Shown here: positions 9,409-19,445 of the stretch, piece after piece
Numbering within the stretch: position 1 is the stretch's first letter
Layout of the letters: every line of letters starts with the position of its first letter
Assembly (NCBI GenBank): GCA_040264055.1
Contig: JBDQJC010000005.1
Coordinates: 1,440 to 65,439 of the forward strand
Length of the DNA: 64,000 nt
DNA from: Planctomycetota bacterium
GTDB taxonomy: Bacteria; Planctomycetota; UBA1135
Direction of reading: 5' to 3'
Position numbers and translations under genes: made by a program
Notes under the pieces: model-generated
What the model saw: the letters and a program-made list of their open reading frames with translations, nothing else
Databases searched by the model: none
Told to the model about the DNA's origin: nothing

Positions 9409-11040
9409 ATGATTGGATTCCTCGTCATCACCGCACTCAGCTTCGGCGTTCAATCGCCGGCCGCGCCGAGTCCGGACCAGGCTCGGCTTAAGCTGGATCC
9501 GGTCTTCGGCGAACACATGGTCTTGCAGTGCGAGCAACCGGTCTTGCTTTGGGGCACGGCTCCGCCCAACATCCGCGTGCACATCGCGCTCGGACTCGTG
9601 GGTCGAGACACCGACACGATCGCTTCGGTTCACGTCAACGCAAAAGCTGACGGAAGTTGGCAAGCCGAGCTTCCTGCCCAGCCCGCTTCCTTTGAACGCT
9701 ATCGCATCGACATACTCGCGAACAGTCAGATGGTGCGCTTCGAAGACGTCCTGTTTGGCGAAGTTTGGTTCGCGGCCGGCCAGTCGAATATGGAATGGCC
9801 TCTTTCGCGCAGTGAGGCGTGGCCAGCCTTGCTCGAACGCATGGCAGCCAACCCGATCGATGCGCGCAATCTGGGTGCCATCCGTTTCTATCAAGCTGCG
9901 TATACAGCAACCGGCGCCGGCGGCACTTGGGATCAAGCCACCGTCGATGGCCTCGCGCCAGACCGTTTCCGACAAGGGAGCTGGAGCGTGACGAGCCCCA
10001 AATCGATCGCCAGCATGTCGGCGGTTGCCTGGTACTTCGGCGATGAGTTGCTCGGCAAACTCGACCGACCGATTGGCCTCATCGATGTCGCCGCCGGCGG
10101 CACCCCGACCGAAGCTTGGGTCAGCCGCGAAGCTCTGGCTGGCGACCCGCGAACTTCCGAGTTGGTGCGAGCGGGCAACTGGCTTGACAACGAGATGCTT
10201 GGTGCATGGTGTCGTGAACGAGCGAGTCAGAACCTAGCGCGAGCGCTTGAAGACAACTGGCAGATCCCGCAGGACGAAACGGGGCCGCACCACGCCTTTC
10301 AGCCAGGCTTCCTGTGGCAAACCGCGGTCGAGCCTTTCATGCGGGTCCCGGTACGCGGCGTGCTTTGGTATCAAGGCGAATCGAACGCAGGTTCGGCCGA
10401 GCGCGTCGCGCAACACGAAGCCATCTTCCGCCGTTTGGTCGAGTCATGGCGCGCCGCATGGGCGCAACCCGACTTGCCCTTCCTATTCGTGCAGCTACCC
10501 GCGATGAATCGCGAACACTGGCCGGCCTTCCGCGAGCAGCAGCGGCAACTCGAGCGGAGCATTGCGCACACGGGCATGGCCGTGACGCTCGAACTCGGCG
10601 ATCCAAACGACGTCCACCCGCGCCGCAAGCAGCCAGTCGGCGAGCGCTTGGCTCGACTCGCTCGACACCTGGTCTATGGCCAGGACTGCCTGCACACGGG
10701 GCCGCGGGTGATTCGCGCCTACCTCGGTGAAAAGCACATCACAGTGGAGTTCACCGCTTTCGGCGATGGAATGGGCAAGAAAGGGGCGCATCTCCCTGCC
10801 GGCTTCGAGTGGCAAGACCAAGAAGGTCGGTGGCGAATCGCCGATGTAGGGGAATGGCGATCGGACTCGGCGGCGCCAGGCGACTTGATCCTTGAACTCA
10901 TCCTCGCGACTCCAGAAAGGGCTCAGGCCATCCGTTACGCCTGGGCACCGGCGGCGACTGCGACCGTATTTGACTCAGATGGGCTGCCGGCGAGCCCATT
11001 CCTGATCAGAATCGAGAAGTCCGAGCAGCGCGAGGACTGA
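9409..11040 (+). CDS. Sialate O-acetylesterase-like carbohydrate esterase (SGNH/DUF303 type)
   Basis: 543-aa ORF with signal peptide. GEVWFAAGQSNMEWPL (GQSNM catalytic serine block) and VLWYQGESN block. Confidence 0.85.
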   Translation: MIGFLVITALSFGVQSPAAPSPDQARLKLDPVFGEHMVLQCEQPVLLWGTAPPNIRVHIALGLVGRDTDTIASVHVNAKADGSWQAELPAQPASFERYRIDILANSQMVRFEDVLFGEVWFAAGQSNMEWPLSRSEAWPALLERMAANPIDARNLGAIRFYQAAYTATGAGGTWDQATVDGLAPDRFRQGSWSVTSPKSIASMSAVAWYFGDELLGKLDRPIGLIDVAAGGTPTEAWVSREALAGDPRTSELVRAGNWLDNEMLGAWCRERASQNLARALEDNWQIPQDETGPHHAFQPGFLWQTAVEPFMRVPVRGVLWYQGESNAGSAERVAQHEAIFRRLVESWRAAWAQPDLPFLFVQLPAMNREHWPAFREQQRQLERSIAHTGMAVTLELGDPNDVHPRRKQPVGERLARLARHLVYGQDCLHTGPRVIRAYLGEKHITVEFTAFGDGMGKKGAHLPAGFEWQDQEGRWRIADVGEWRSDSAAPGDLILELILATPERAQAIRYAWAPAATATVFDSDGLPASPFLIRIEKSEQRED

Positions 11041-11394
11041 GTCAAGCTGAAACAGTCGCGCGGCTCTTCCGGTCTTCCAATCGATCTGCTTAGCCAGTCC
11101 TCCTGTGCACCCATAGAGGCCCGAATCCTCCTTGCTTTCCAAGCGGAGTGGCCCGGTCAAGAAGATCACAGCGCTCGCCCACCCGCCGCGTCTCGAATCG
11201 AGACAATCCAACTTCTTGGAATGGGTCCCCGAAACGGGCGGTCAAGCCATCATTCGCTCATGCAGGACCGTCAATTTGGCCGACGGAATCAGGCTGGATC
11301 ACCGCTCTGACCATGGCGGTGGCCCGAATCTGATTCACCACTTGCCGCAACTCCACGCGCAGACTGCGGAGCTTGTTGCGGCACGATCGCCAGA

Positions 11395-14133
11395 ATGAAC
11401 CTGACTTCCAAACTGCTGGTGGGCACCTTTGTGCCCGCGATGCTCCTGACGACAGTCGGCGGTCTGTGGTTCTACCAACACAGCCAGGTTCGCGAACTCA
11501 GCGAACAGGCCGGTCTGCTGGAGCAGCAAACCGAAAGCGCCGCCGCCGAGTTGAGCTACCGCGTACGCGAGGTCGAGAACCTGCTGCGCTTCACGCACTC
11601 GCTCGAGAATATGCGTCAGCTCGCGATGTATCGCATGGCTGGGATGGACGAAAGGGTCCGGGAAGTGCGCGCTGGCTTGGAAGATGAGCTGGCGGATCTA
11701 GAAGAACTGCGCCCGGAGATCACCGAGCTTGAGGTCTACGATCTCGCCGGAGAGCGTGTGATTTCGGTTGTCGACGGCAAGCGAATCCTGCGTCCGCGAT
11801 CGATCGCCCGCGAAGACTGGTTCCGCGACCTTGGCCAGCATGATGTTTGGACGCGCTGGGACGATTATGGCTCACGCTTACGCGTTTGCGTCGGCGGGCC
11901 CGAAAGCGGCTTAGCTCACGAACTTGTTTTGGTCTGCATCGTCGACCTGGCCAACCTCGAAGCTTCGCCCCTCGCCTCGTTGCAAACGCGGGCACCGGAT
12001 CTTGAACTCAGCCTGACCGACACGCGCGATGATGTGCGCTACATGTTGGGTAGCCCGGTGGTCGGCACCGATCGCGCCGAGGGTGCGCTTGGTTTCTCGA
12101 CCCCGCTTCCGTGGCCCAACGCACAACTCACGGCCTGGCTACCAAAGTCTGCAGCGCTTTCGGCCTTGCACGAAGAGACTCGCAAGAGTCTGACCAGCCT
12201 GGGGCTGGCTGTCCTGCTGGTTGGCGCGGTGCTCTGGTTCGGCTTGCGGCGCAGTGTGCTGCTGCCGATTCACCAGCTGATGCGCAGCGTCTCCTTGTTC
12301 CGCGTCCGTACGCGCGCCATGCGCAAACAAGACGGCGAAGAGCAAGGCCCAACGCGTCGCGAAGAGCGACGCCGCGATGAAGTGCAACGCCTAGCCGAGG
12401 CTTTCGAAGAAGCGAGTGAGGACACCGAACGCGCGCAAGCCGAGTTGCGCGCTCTGAATGACTCGCTGGAACTGCGCGTACGCGATCGCACCGCCGAAGC
12501 CGAGTCCGCCCGCATCGCCGCAGAGTGCGCGAGCCAAGCCAAGAGCGAGTTCCTTGCCAATATGAGCCATGAGATCCGCACCCCTTTGAATGGTGTGATT
12601 GGCATGACGCAGATTCTGGCGCAGACCCAGCTGGATGAAGAGCAGACAGACTACGTCGACACCACAACGCGTTCGGCCAAGGCGCTGCTTGACATCATCA
12701 ACGACATTCTCGACTTCTCGAAGATCGAAGCAGGCAAGCTCGAAATCGAAGAGATCGATTTCGACCTGCGTGGAACGGTCATGGAAGCGGCCAGCATCAT
12801 GGCCGAGCGAGCGCATCAGTGTGGACTTGAGCTGGTCGTCGCCATCGACCCTGATGTGCCGGAACGCATCGTCACCGACCCCGTGCGCTTGCGCCAGGTC
12901 CTGCTCAACTTGCTTGGCAACGCCGTCAAATTCACCGATCAGGGCGAAATCGTCGTGCGTGTGCGCAGCATCGATACAGCGGATGACACGCAAGCTGGCG
13001 CCGCGCCGCGCTGCCTGCTTGGATTCGAAGTGGCCGACACAGGCATTGGCATCCCGCGCGATGCGCAGCATCGAATCTTCCGCTCCTTCTCGCAGGCCGA
13101 TGGCTCGACCACGCGCCGCTTCGGTGGAACTGGCTTGGGGCTGACAATTTGTCAGTCACTGGTCGAGAAGATGGGCGGCGCGATCGGAGTGACCAGCAAG
13201 CCGGGCGAAGGCAGTACCTTCCACTTCACGGTCGACGCCGCGATCGCGGAGAATCGCGGGCTGACCGAGCAAGTCGCCGAACTGCGCGGGCGCCGCATTC
13301 TGGTCGTCGATGACAACGAGACCAACCGCCGCATCTTGACCCGCCAGCTTGAGATTTGGGGCGCGCAATGGGACGAAGCCGAGGATGCCGCGATGGCGCG
13401 CAAGGTATGCCGTCACGCGCAATCGCTCGGTTTGCCCTTCGACCTGATCCTGCTTGATTACCACATGCCGGGTGAAGATGGGCTCGAGCTCGCTGCGAGC
13501 ATTCGTGATGCAGGCTTCCCCCACCCGGATGTGCCGATGATGCTGCTAAGTTCGGTCACTCTCGGCGATCTGCGCGATCGCATGGGCGAGGTTCGGATCG
13601 ACGCGCGGCTGCAAAAGCCAATCGACCTACGCCAACTTCGTGAACGAATTGGCGTCGTGCTTGGGACCTTGGGCACGGAAGAACCGGCGGTAAGCCCCGA
13701 GGGCCGCACCACCGATGGACCGATTGCACCCGCACCGGTCACGCCCGGAACCTTCGTTTTGGTTGTGGATGACAACGAAGTCAATCGCAAGCTCGCTCGC
13801 GTGCAACTCAAGAAGCTCGGCTATCAAGTCGGCATCGCGAAGAATGGCGTGGAGGCCGTCGCCGCCATGCAGGATGATTCCCAGCACTACGACGCGATCC
13901 TGATGGACTGCCAAATGCCCGAGATGGATGGCTTCGAAGCGACCAACGTGATTCGCAATCTGGATCACCCCGTCGCCTCGATTCCGATTATCGCGATGAC
14001 GGCCAACGCGATGCGCGGCGACCGCGAACGGTGTCTGCGTGCCGGCATGGACGGCTACCTCGCGAAGCCTGTCGACATCGACGAGCTCGGCCGCTCGCTC
14101 GCCGAGCTGCTGCGCGATCGTCGCGCGGCTTAA
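11395..14133 (+). CDS. Hybrid sensor histidine kinase with two C-terminal receiver domains
   Basis: 912 aa. Two TM helices flank an approximately 250-aa periplasmic domain, followed by HAMP/coiled coil. HisKA H-box [19 protein letters not shown]. HATPase N/G boxes ([24 protein letters not shown]). REC1 [14 protein letters not shown]...[14 protein letters not shown]2 [14 protein letters not shown]...[11 protein letters not shown]...AMTANA. Confidence 0.95.
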   Translation: MNLTSKLLVGTFVPAMLLTTVGGLWFYQHSQVRELSEQAGLLEQQTESAAAELSYRVREVENLLRFTHSLENMRQLAMYRMAGMDERVREVRAGLEDELADLEELRPEITELEVYDLAGERVISVVDGKRILRPRSIAREDWFRDLGQHDVWTRWDDYGSRLRVCVGGPESGLAHELVLVCIVDLANLEASPLASLQTRAPDLELSLTDTRDDVRYMLGSPVVGTDRAEGALGFSTPLPWPNAQLTAWLPKSAALSALHEETRKSLTSLGLAVLLVGAVLWFGLRRSVLLPIHQLMRSVSLFRVRTRAMRKQDGEEQGPTRREERRRDEVQRLAEAFEEASEDTERAQAELRALNDSLELRVRDRTAEAESARIAAECASQAKSEFLANMSHEIRTPLNGVIGMTQILAQTQLDEEQTDYVDTTTRSAKALLDIINDILDFSKIEAGKLEIEEIDFDLRGTVMEAASIMAERAHQCGLELVVAIDPDVPERIVTDPVRLRQVLLNLLGNAVKFTDQGEIVVRVRSIDTADDTQAGAAPRCLLGFEVADTGIGIPRDAQHRIFRSFSQADGSTTRRFGGTGLGLTICQSLVEKMGGAIGVTSKPGEGSTFHFTVDAAIAENRGLTEQVAELRGRRILVVDDNETNRRILTRQLEIWGAQWDEAEDAAMARKVCRHAQSLGLPFDLILLDYHMPGEDGLELAASIRDAGFPHPDVPMMLLSSVTLGDLRDRMGEVRIDARLQKPIDLRQLRERIGVVLGTLGTEEPAVSPEGRTTDGPIAPAPVTPGTFVLVVDDNEVNRKLARVQLKKLGYQVGIAKNGVEAVAAMQDDSQHYDAILMDCQMPEMDGFEATNVIRNLDHPVASIPIIAMTANAMRGDRERCLRAGMDGYLAKPVDIDELGRSLAELLRDRRAA

Positions 14134-15773
14134 GCGTCGTCGCCTTCTGACTTGCGACGCTTGGCTTCCTGCAAGAGATCGCGTACCGCCGGGTAATCGA
14201 CCACAGTGAGCGCATGCTCAAAGTCGGCGATCGCGGCATCCCAATCTTCCTTGTCCATATGCAGCTGGCCGCGTGTCGCAAGATAGATGACGGTATTCAT
14301 CTTGTTGGGCTTGCGGGACAGCAGCTCGGTATACGCGGCGACCGCAAGTTGATACTCGCCCGCTTCGCCGGCGTCTTGCGCGAACTTGGCAAGCGCTGCC
14401 GTTTCGGTCGGTAGCTCGCGCGCAGCATCCGCGTCGCTTGCTGCGGTGAAGTGCACCAGCACGCGCGACTTCGGGCTGAGGTGCGCGCGCGCCGCGGCGA
14501 CGACGGCCTCTTGGGTCAGTGAGTTCACGCTGTCCGACCAGTACGCAACAATTCCGTGCTCGCCGTAGACGCCGAACCGTGCCACTTCTGCAGCGAGCGA
14601 AAAGTACGGCCGTGCGCGCAACGGCAAGCTGCTGTAACGATCGGCCTCTTCGCGTTGCGCATCGGCAACTTGCTCCGCGGTGATGCCAACTTCGTGCAAA
14701 CGATCCAGCAGTGTCTCAAGCTCGGCCGCGGCACGCGGGCCGTTCGCGGCAATGCGGAATAGGCTGCTGCCCTGGCGCTCGTGATAAGAGACTTGAAAGG
14801 GCTCGCCTTCCGAGGTCTTCACACGATCGAGCGCTCGCGCGAGCACAGCAAGCGCAACCGCATCTTCATGAGCGCGTGGTGGCACCACCCAGCAATATTC
14901 GACGCGATCCTGTGCCAACCCGCTCTCGAAACGGCGCGTGCGCGGGCCGAAGGGCTTCGGTTCGGTGGGGCGCGGCAAAACATCCAAACCGCCTTTGCCG
15001 CGCCAGCTCGCAAAAGCAGCGTCGATTTGATCGAGCGCCTCGACCGGATCACCGGGAGTTACCACGACCACCGTTGCATGTTCAGGTCGGTACCAAGTCT
15101 CGTAGAAGGCGCGGATCACATCGATGCCAATCCCGGGAGCCTTGGTATGCCCCTTCTCATCCCGTCGACCCCAGCGGTAGCCTTCCTTCTGGTAGACCGC
15201 GTGCTCAAGCAGTTCTTCGCGCGTGATCGACGGGTTCCAGGTGTGCAATTCTTCGATGCGCAAGCGCTCGCGCTCGTGCAAGACCGCCGGCTCGATCCAG
15301 CTGATGTTCGCCATGCGATCGACTTCCATGGCCAGCACGCGCGGAAGCGACGCAACCGGAATGCGATGGTCGTAATAAATCGTGTAGTCGTCGCGGGTCG
15401 AAGCATTCGACTCGCCGCCAAGTTCTTGCTGCACGATGCGGTCGTGTTCGTCGGTCCCGGTTGTTGGGGTTCCGGTGTACAGGGCGTGCTCGGTTAAGTG
15501 GGCCAGGCCGGTCGTGTCTTCCGACTCGTCGCGGTTGCCGGCCGAAATTACCACGAAGATTGACGCCAGACCGTCGGCATCCTTTGCGGCATCTTGCACC
15601 ACGAAGGCGCGCACGCCGTTGTCGAGCCGACGACTGAGGAACTCGTGCTCGCCAACACGGAAACTCGTAATCCGGCTTGCGTCCTGAATCGCCGAACGGC
15701 TTTCCGGCGGTCGAACCGCCTGAGCAGGAGTTTGCGGTGCAATCAGTGTCAGCAGGGCATGCGTGAGAAGCAT
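14130..15773 (-). CDS. M16 (pitrilysin/insulinase) family zinc peptidase with C-terminal TPR extension
   Basis: Signal peptide. Inverted zincin motif HLTEH in [13 protein letters not shown] with a downstream [12 protein letters not shown] block. C-terminal approximately 110 aa are TPR-like ([12 protein letters not shown]...[15 protein letters not shown]). Confidence 0.85.
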   Translation of the reverse strand: MLLTHALLTLIAPQTPAQAVRPPESRSAIQDASRITSFRVGEHEFLSRRLDNGVRAFVVQDAAKDADGLASIFVVISAGNRDESEDTTGLAHLTEHALYTGTPTTGTDEHDRIVQQELGGESNASTRDDYTIYYDHRIPVASLPRVLAMEVDRMANISWIEPAVLHERERLRIEELHTWNPSITREELLEHAVYQKEGYRWGRRDEKGHTKAPGIGIDVIRAFYETWYRPEHATVVVVTPGDPVEALDQIDAAFASWRGKGGLDVLPRPTEPKPFGPRTRRFESGLAQDRVEYCWVVPPRAHEDAVALAVLARALDRVKTSEGEPFQVSYHERQGSSLFRIAANGPRAAAELETLLDRLHEVGITAEQVADAQREEADRYSSLPLRARPYFSLAAEVARFGVYGEHGIVAYWSDSVNSLTQEAVVAAARAHLSPKSRVLVHFTAASDADAARELPTETAALAKFAQDAGEAGEYQLAVAAYTELLSRKPNKMNTVIYLATRGQLHMDKEDWDAAIADFEHALTVVDYPAVRDLLQEAKRRKSEGDDA

Positions 15774-15782
15774 GCCCCCATT

Positions 15783-16757
15783 CTAGGACACGACGGCTGG
15801 CCCTTCGCCGCCCGTTTCGTTCCCCGAACCGAAACCGTCGACGCCGCGCGCCCGCTTGCTGGCTTCCGCCTCGATGAACACGCGCTTGACGCGCGGATGC
15901 TTGCGGCGGATCGCTTCATCGAGCGCCGCGACCGCCTCTTCCAGCTCGCCGGCGGTTGCATGGTCAGCAAAGTCGATCGACATATTGACCAGCACGAAGT
16001 CCGGCCCCATGTGCAAAGTCAATATTTCGTTGACTTCGACCACCTGTGGCAGATGAGCTGCCTGCTCGCGGATTCCTTTGACCAAACGAGGCTCGGCAGC
16101 TTCGCCGATGAGCAGGCCCTTGGTTTCCCAGGCCAGCCAAATCGCGGTGCCCGCGAGGATAAAGCCAATCAGAATCGAGGCCGCACCATCGAAGTACGGG
16201 TTGCCCGTCAGCTGACCAATCAAGATGCCCAAAAAAGCCACGATCAAGCCCAGCATCGCAGCCGAATCTTCAAACAGAACCACGAAGATCGTGGGATCCT
16301 TGGCGCGCTTGACCGTTTCGAAATAACTCTGACCGCGGCGGGTCAGATCGAATTCCTTGAACGCCATCCACCAGGCGACTCCTTCAAAGACCATCGCCAA
16401 GCCCAAGACGATGTAGTTAATCGTCGGGTCCTTCATCTCGGCCGGGTGGATCAGGTGGTGAATCCCCTCGTAGATCGAGATGCCCGAGCCCACCGCGAAG
16501 ATCAGAATCGCGACGATGAAACTCCAGAAGTAGACCTCTTTTCCGTGGCCAAACGGAAACCGTTCGTCAGCCGGTTTCTTGGCCTTGGACAGGCCCATCA
16601 ACAGCAGGCCTTGGTTGCCGGTGTCGACTAAGGAGTGAATGCCCTCCGACAGCATGGCCGAGCTGCCGGTGATGCTGGCCGCCACAAACTTCGTAATCGA
16701 AATCAGGGAGTTACCGACAAGCGCCGCGTAAATGACTTTCTTGGAACCGGAGGCCAT
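15783..16757 (-). CDS. Cation diffusion facilitator (CDF) family metal efflux transporter
   Basis: ALVGNSLISITKFVAASITGSSAMLSEGIHSLVDTGNQ and ERFPFGHGKEVYFWSF are CDF signatures. Six TM helices plus a C-terminal cytoplasmic domain. Confidence 0.9.
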   Translation of the reverse strand: MASGSKKVIYAALVGNSLISITKFVAASITGSSAMLSEGIHSLVDTGNQGLLLMGLSKAKKPADERFPFGHGKEVYFWSFIVAILIFAVGSGISIYEGIHHLIHPAEMKDPTINYIVLGLAMVFEGVAWWMAFKEFDLTRRGQSYFETVKRAKDPTIFVVLFEDSAAMLGLIVAFLGILIGQLTGNPYFDGAASILIGFILAGTAIWLAWETKGLLIGEAAEPRLVKGIREQAAHLPQVVEVNEILTLHMGPDFVLVNMSIDFADHATAGELEEAVAALDEAIRRKHPRVKRVFIEAEASKRARGVDGFGSGNETGGEGPAVVS

Positions 16758-16807
16758 CTGCGGTCAGTTTACCGGCGCCGGCCCGGTTCGCATCTTTGCG
16801 CAGCGAC

Positions 16808-17674
16808 TTAGATTTCGTCTTCGCTGCTACGCTTGACACCCGCCGGCACTTCCAGCAACTGCGTAGCGGGGGCCTCATCGGGCACTGCAACCGACTTGGC
16901 GTGCACCACGATCAAGAGCCGTTGATTGCCCTCGCCGTAGAGCACGGGCAAGACCACGGCCTGATCTTCGGACATGGTCAGCAAGCCACGGAGGTCTTGG
17001 CGCATGAAGACCGGCACCTGCATGGTGAAGGAAACACCCAGCGGGTAGCTGCTTTCGACCTCGTTCATCTCGATCAGCTCACTCAACGTGAGGTGAAACT
17101 CGAGTTCCAACTTGCCATCCGCATTGCGGCCTTGCGGGACCATATCGATCAGCAGCCCCGACATAAAGACACCGATTTCCGGGTCCATCAAGATCGAGGA
17201 TGGCGTCGGTTCAAAGTCGAAATGGTCAATGAATGCGGTTTGATTCGCAACCGTCATGCTGGCGCGCGAACCTTCGTAGACCACCAAGCGTGGCTCGTTG
17301 ACCAGCGTCGAATCCCCGGCATCCACCATCGCGCCCAAAGTGCGCTGCATCTCTTCGAGCGAAACCACGCCGCCCGACAACTGATTGTTCTCGGTCATCG
17401 CGCTATCGCCAATCAGACGATGCACCCCTTGGGTGGTCGTTTCAAACACGCCCACCTGAATCATCCACGCCGGCGGCGTCGTGCCTTCCGACACATCGAC
17501 GTACTCAAACTCAGGGATCTTCAAGCCGGCGTCGCCCGTGGTGCGCAAGGAACCCCGATACTCAATCTCGACGCGGTCGAGCACGGGCAATGCCCCCCAA
17601 GAATCGGAAAGATCGGGGGCAGCGGACTGGCACGCGGTCGCGGCCAACAGGAGCAAAGCGAGGGATCGTTTCAT
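16808..17674 (-). CDS. Lipoprotein with secretin-like C-terminal region (hypothetical)
   Basis: Start at MKRSLALLLLAATAC (lipobox LAATAC; M33 of ORF 16808-17770). The segments PRLVVYEGSRASMTVANQTAFI, IGVFMSGLLIDMVP...LELEFHLTLSEL and MQVPVFMRQDLRGLLTMSEDQAVVLPVL resemble the core blocks of secretin (GspD/PilQ) domains. This is an inference from pattern only. Confidence 0.6.
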   Translation of the reverse strand: MKRSLALLLLAATACQSAAPDLSDSWGALPVLDRVEIEYRGSLRTTGDAGLKIPEFEYVDVSEGTTPPAWMIQVGVFETTTQGVHRLIGDSAMTENNQLSGGVVSLEEMQRTLGAMVDAGDSTLVNEPRLVVYEGSRASMTVANQTAFIDHFDFEPTPSSILMDPEIGVFMSGLLIDMVPQGRNADGKLELEFHLTLSELIEMNEVESSYPLGVSFTMQVPVFMRQDLRGLLTMSEDQAVVLPVLYGEGNQRLLIVVHAKSVAVPDEAPATQLLEVPAGVKRSSEDEI

Positions 17675-17715
17675 CGAGAGATGGGTGTGGGCGGCGCGTG
17701 CGCGGCAAGTCGAGT

Positions 17716-18138
17716 CTAGTTCTCGTGCGTGCCGGCAATCATGACCTGTGCGAAGCCGCGGTCGACGCATTGGTCGAGCACCGACATGAAATCCTGGTGG
17801 ATGGTGTCCTCGCGCATATCGATCGTGACTGGCGTCTCGAGCGGAATCGTTCCTAAGAATGACCGCAAACCGGCTAGATCGCTGAACTTATGGGTTCCGA
17901 TGCGGTAACCCACCTGCCCCGGCTGGGTCAGGCGCACGACGATGGTCGCAGTCTCAATGGGCTCGCTGTGTTCAGGCCCAGTACCAAAGGCCTTGGGCAG
18001 GGCCGCATCGTGCCGCCCCTCAAAGGTACGGAACTTCATCGTGCACAAGAAAAAGACGAGCAGCAGGAAGGTGACGTCGATCATCGGCGTCAAATCAGCT
18101 TTCTCGTCGCGTTGGGGGGAACGGCGCAGAGCAGGCAT
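17716..18138 (-). CDS. exbD: Biopolymer transport protein ExbD/TolR
   Basis: ADLTPMIDVTFLLLVFFLCT single-TM signature plus a periplasmic domain. Start taken at ATG 18138 (MPALRRSPQ...) inside ORF 17716-18216. No exbB, tolQ or tonB is adjacent. Confidence 0.85.
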   Translation of the reverse strand: MPALRRSPQRDEKADLTPMIDVTFLLLVFFLCTMKFRTFEGRHDAALPKAFGTGPEHSEPIETATIVVRLTQPGQVGYRIGTHKFSDLAGLRSFLGTIPLETPVTIDMREDTIHQDFMSVLDQCVDRGFAQVMIAGTHEN

Positions 18139-18225
18139 TCCTTCCCCTAGCCAGCGACTTGCACGGGGTATCCGCGGAGTTTTGCTGAATTCTGAAGGCC
18201 GTCGACCTCGCACCAAGGGTCAGCC

Positions 18226-18231
18226 TAGGAT
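18226..18231 (+). promoter_or_regulatory. -10-like hexamer TAGGAT, 18 nt upstream of ATG 18250 (short leader)
   Basis: cagccTAGGATgcaggggacgcgcttcccATG. Confidence 0.3.
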
Positions 18232-18249
18232 GCAGGGGACGCGCTTCCC

Positions 18250-18966
18250 ATGACGCAACCGAACTGGAACCTCCCCGACGCCGTACTCTTCGACATGGAC
18301 GGCACGCTGCTCGACTCCGAACATCTGCATTGGGAATCTGCGATGGAGACCATCGCGGCGCACCGTCAGTGCGAGGCTCCGCCCCCGAAGATTCAAGACT
18401 GGATCGGCTGGAATGAGTCGGCTTTTTGGGACGCGATGCGCAGGGACTTCGACCTCGGCCCATGCAACCAAGAGTTGACCGAAATGCGAAGCGCGATCTT
18501 TGCGCGGATGTTCGCCGACGAAGGCCCGCAGTGGATGCCCGGCGTGGTCCCCTTGCTGGAGATGCTCTTGAAGGCCGCGCTGCCGATGGCGGTAGTGACC
18601 GCTTCACCGCGTCAGCAGCTCGACCTGGTCGCCGAACACGCAAACTTCGGCCGTTGGTTCAAGACCTGGCTCTCGGGCGAATCTGATACCGCCCGAAGCA
18701 AACCGCACCCCGACCCCTACCTGGAAGCCGCGCGCCGCTTGAAGGTCGCGCCCGAGCGCTGCCTCGCGATTGAAGATTCTCCGACAGGCGCGGAATCGGC
18801 GATTGCAGCCGGCTGTTACACGATCGCGGTGCCTTCCCTGCCGCTGCCTGCCGAGCGCTTCCAGCACGCGCATCAGCGCATGTCTGACTTACGCGAGCTG
18901 CACCATTGGCTGCTCGATCGCACGACCGACGACGATCAGACCCAGCGCGCGGTCTTGCCGCGGTAG
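18250..18966 (+). CDS. HAD-superfamily hydrolase (beta-phosphoglucomutase/phosphatase subfamily IA)
   Basis: Motif I VLFDMDGTLLDSE, motif II VVTAS, motif III/IV KPHPDPYLEAARRL...AIEDSPTGAESA. Confidence 0.9.
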   Translation: MTQPNWNLPDAVLFDMDGTLLDSEHLHWESAMETIAAHRQCEAPPPKIQDWIGWNESAFWDAMRRDFDLGPCNQELTEMRSAIFARMFADEGPQWMPGVVPLLEMLLKAALPMAVVTASPRQQLDLVAEHANFGRWFKTWLSGESDTARSKPHPDPYLEAARRLKVAPERCLAIEDSPTGAESAIAAGCYTIAVPSLPLPAERFQHAHQRMSDLRELHHWLLDRTTDDDQTQRAVLPR

Positions 18967-19376
18967 GCTTCGTACTCGTCGCCGAAAGACTCTTCGAGCA
19001 AGGTCTCTTCCTTGGCCATGATGCGACGATCCATCAGCACCAAGAAGACCGGCACCACGAGCAGTGGCGTCAAGCTGCCGAGCAGGACGGCGTACCCAAA
19101 CAGGCCGAGCGCCATGCCCAAGTACATCGGGTGACGGCTGATGCGGAAAGGTCCGCGGGTCACCAGCACGGCAGGATCTTCATCCGGATGAATCGCCGTG
19201 CCGAGGCGTTTGAATCGACGCGTCGCGCTCCAGTTCAAGTAGAAGCCGAGCCCAATCGGAACGAGGCCGAACAACGAACCGGGGAGCGCGGTCCAATGAG
19301 AGCCTGGCGCGAGCAGGTGCAGCGCAGCCATCGCGACCAGGGAGATCTTCAACAGGCGTGGAGGGAGCACGCCCAT
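18936..19376 (-). CDS. Isoprenylcysteine carboxyl / phospholipid methyltransferase family membrane protein
   Basis: LVTRGPFRISRHPMYLGMALGLFG...EETLLEESFGDEYEAYRGKTARW is the ICMT/PEMT C-terminal signature. Start at ATG 19376 is preferred over TTG 19415. The 3' end overlaps the HAD gene by 31 nt. Confidence 0.8.
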   Translation of the reverse strand: MGVLPPRLLKISLVAMAALHLLAPGSHWTALPGSLFGLVPIGLGFYLNWSATRRFKRLGTAIHPDEDPAVLVTRGPFRISRHPMYLGMALGLFGYAVLLGSLTPLLVVPVFLVLMDRRIMAKEETLLEESFGDEYEAYRGKTARWV

Positions 19377-19445
19377 CTGTTCGGATTCAGCGCGTGCAGA
19401 TTTCAGCCTGCGCAAGAAAACCGCGGCCCGCTGCGAGAATCAAGA

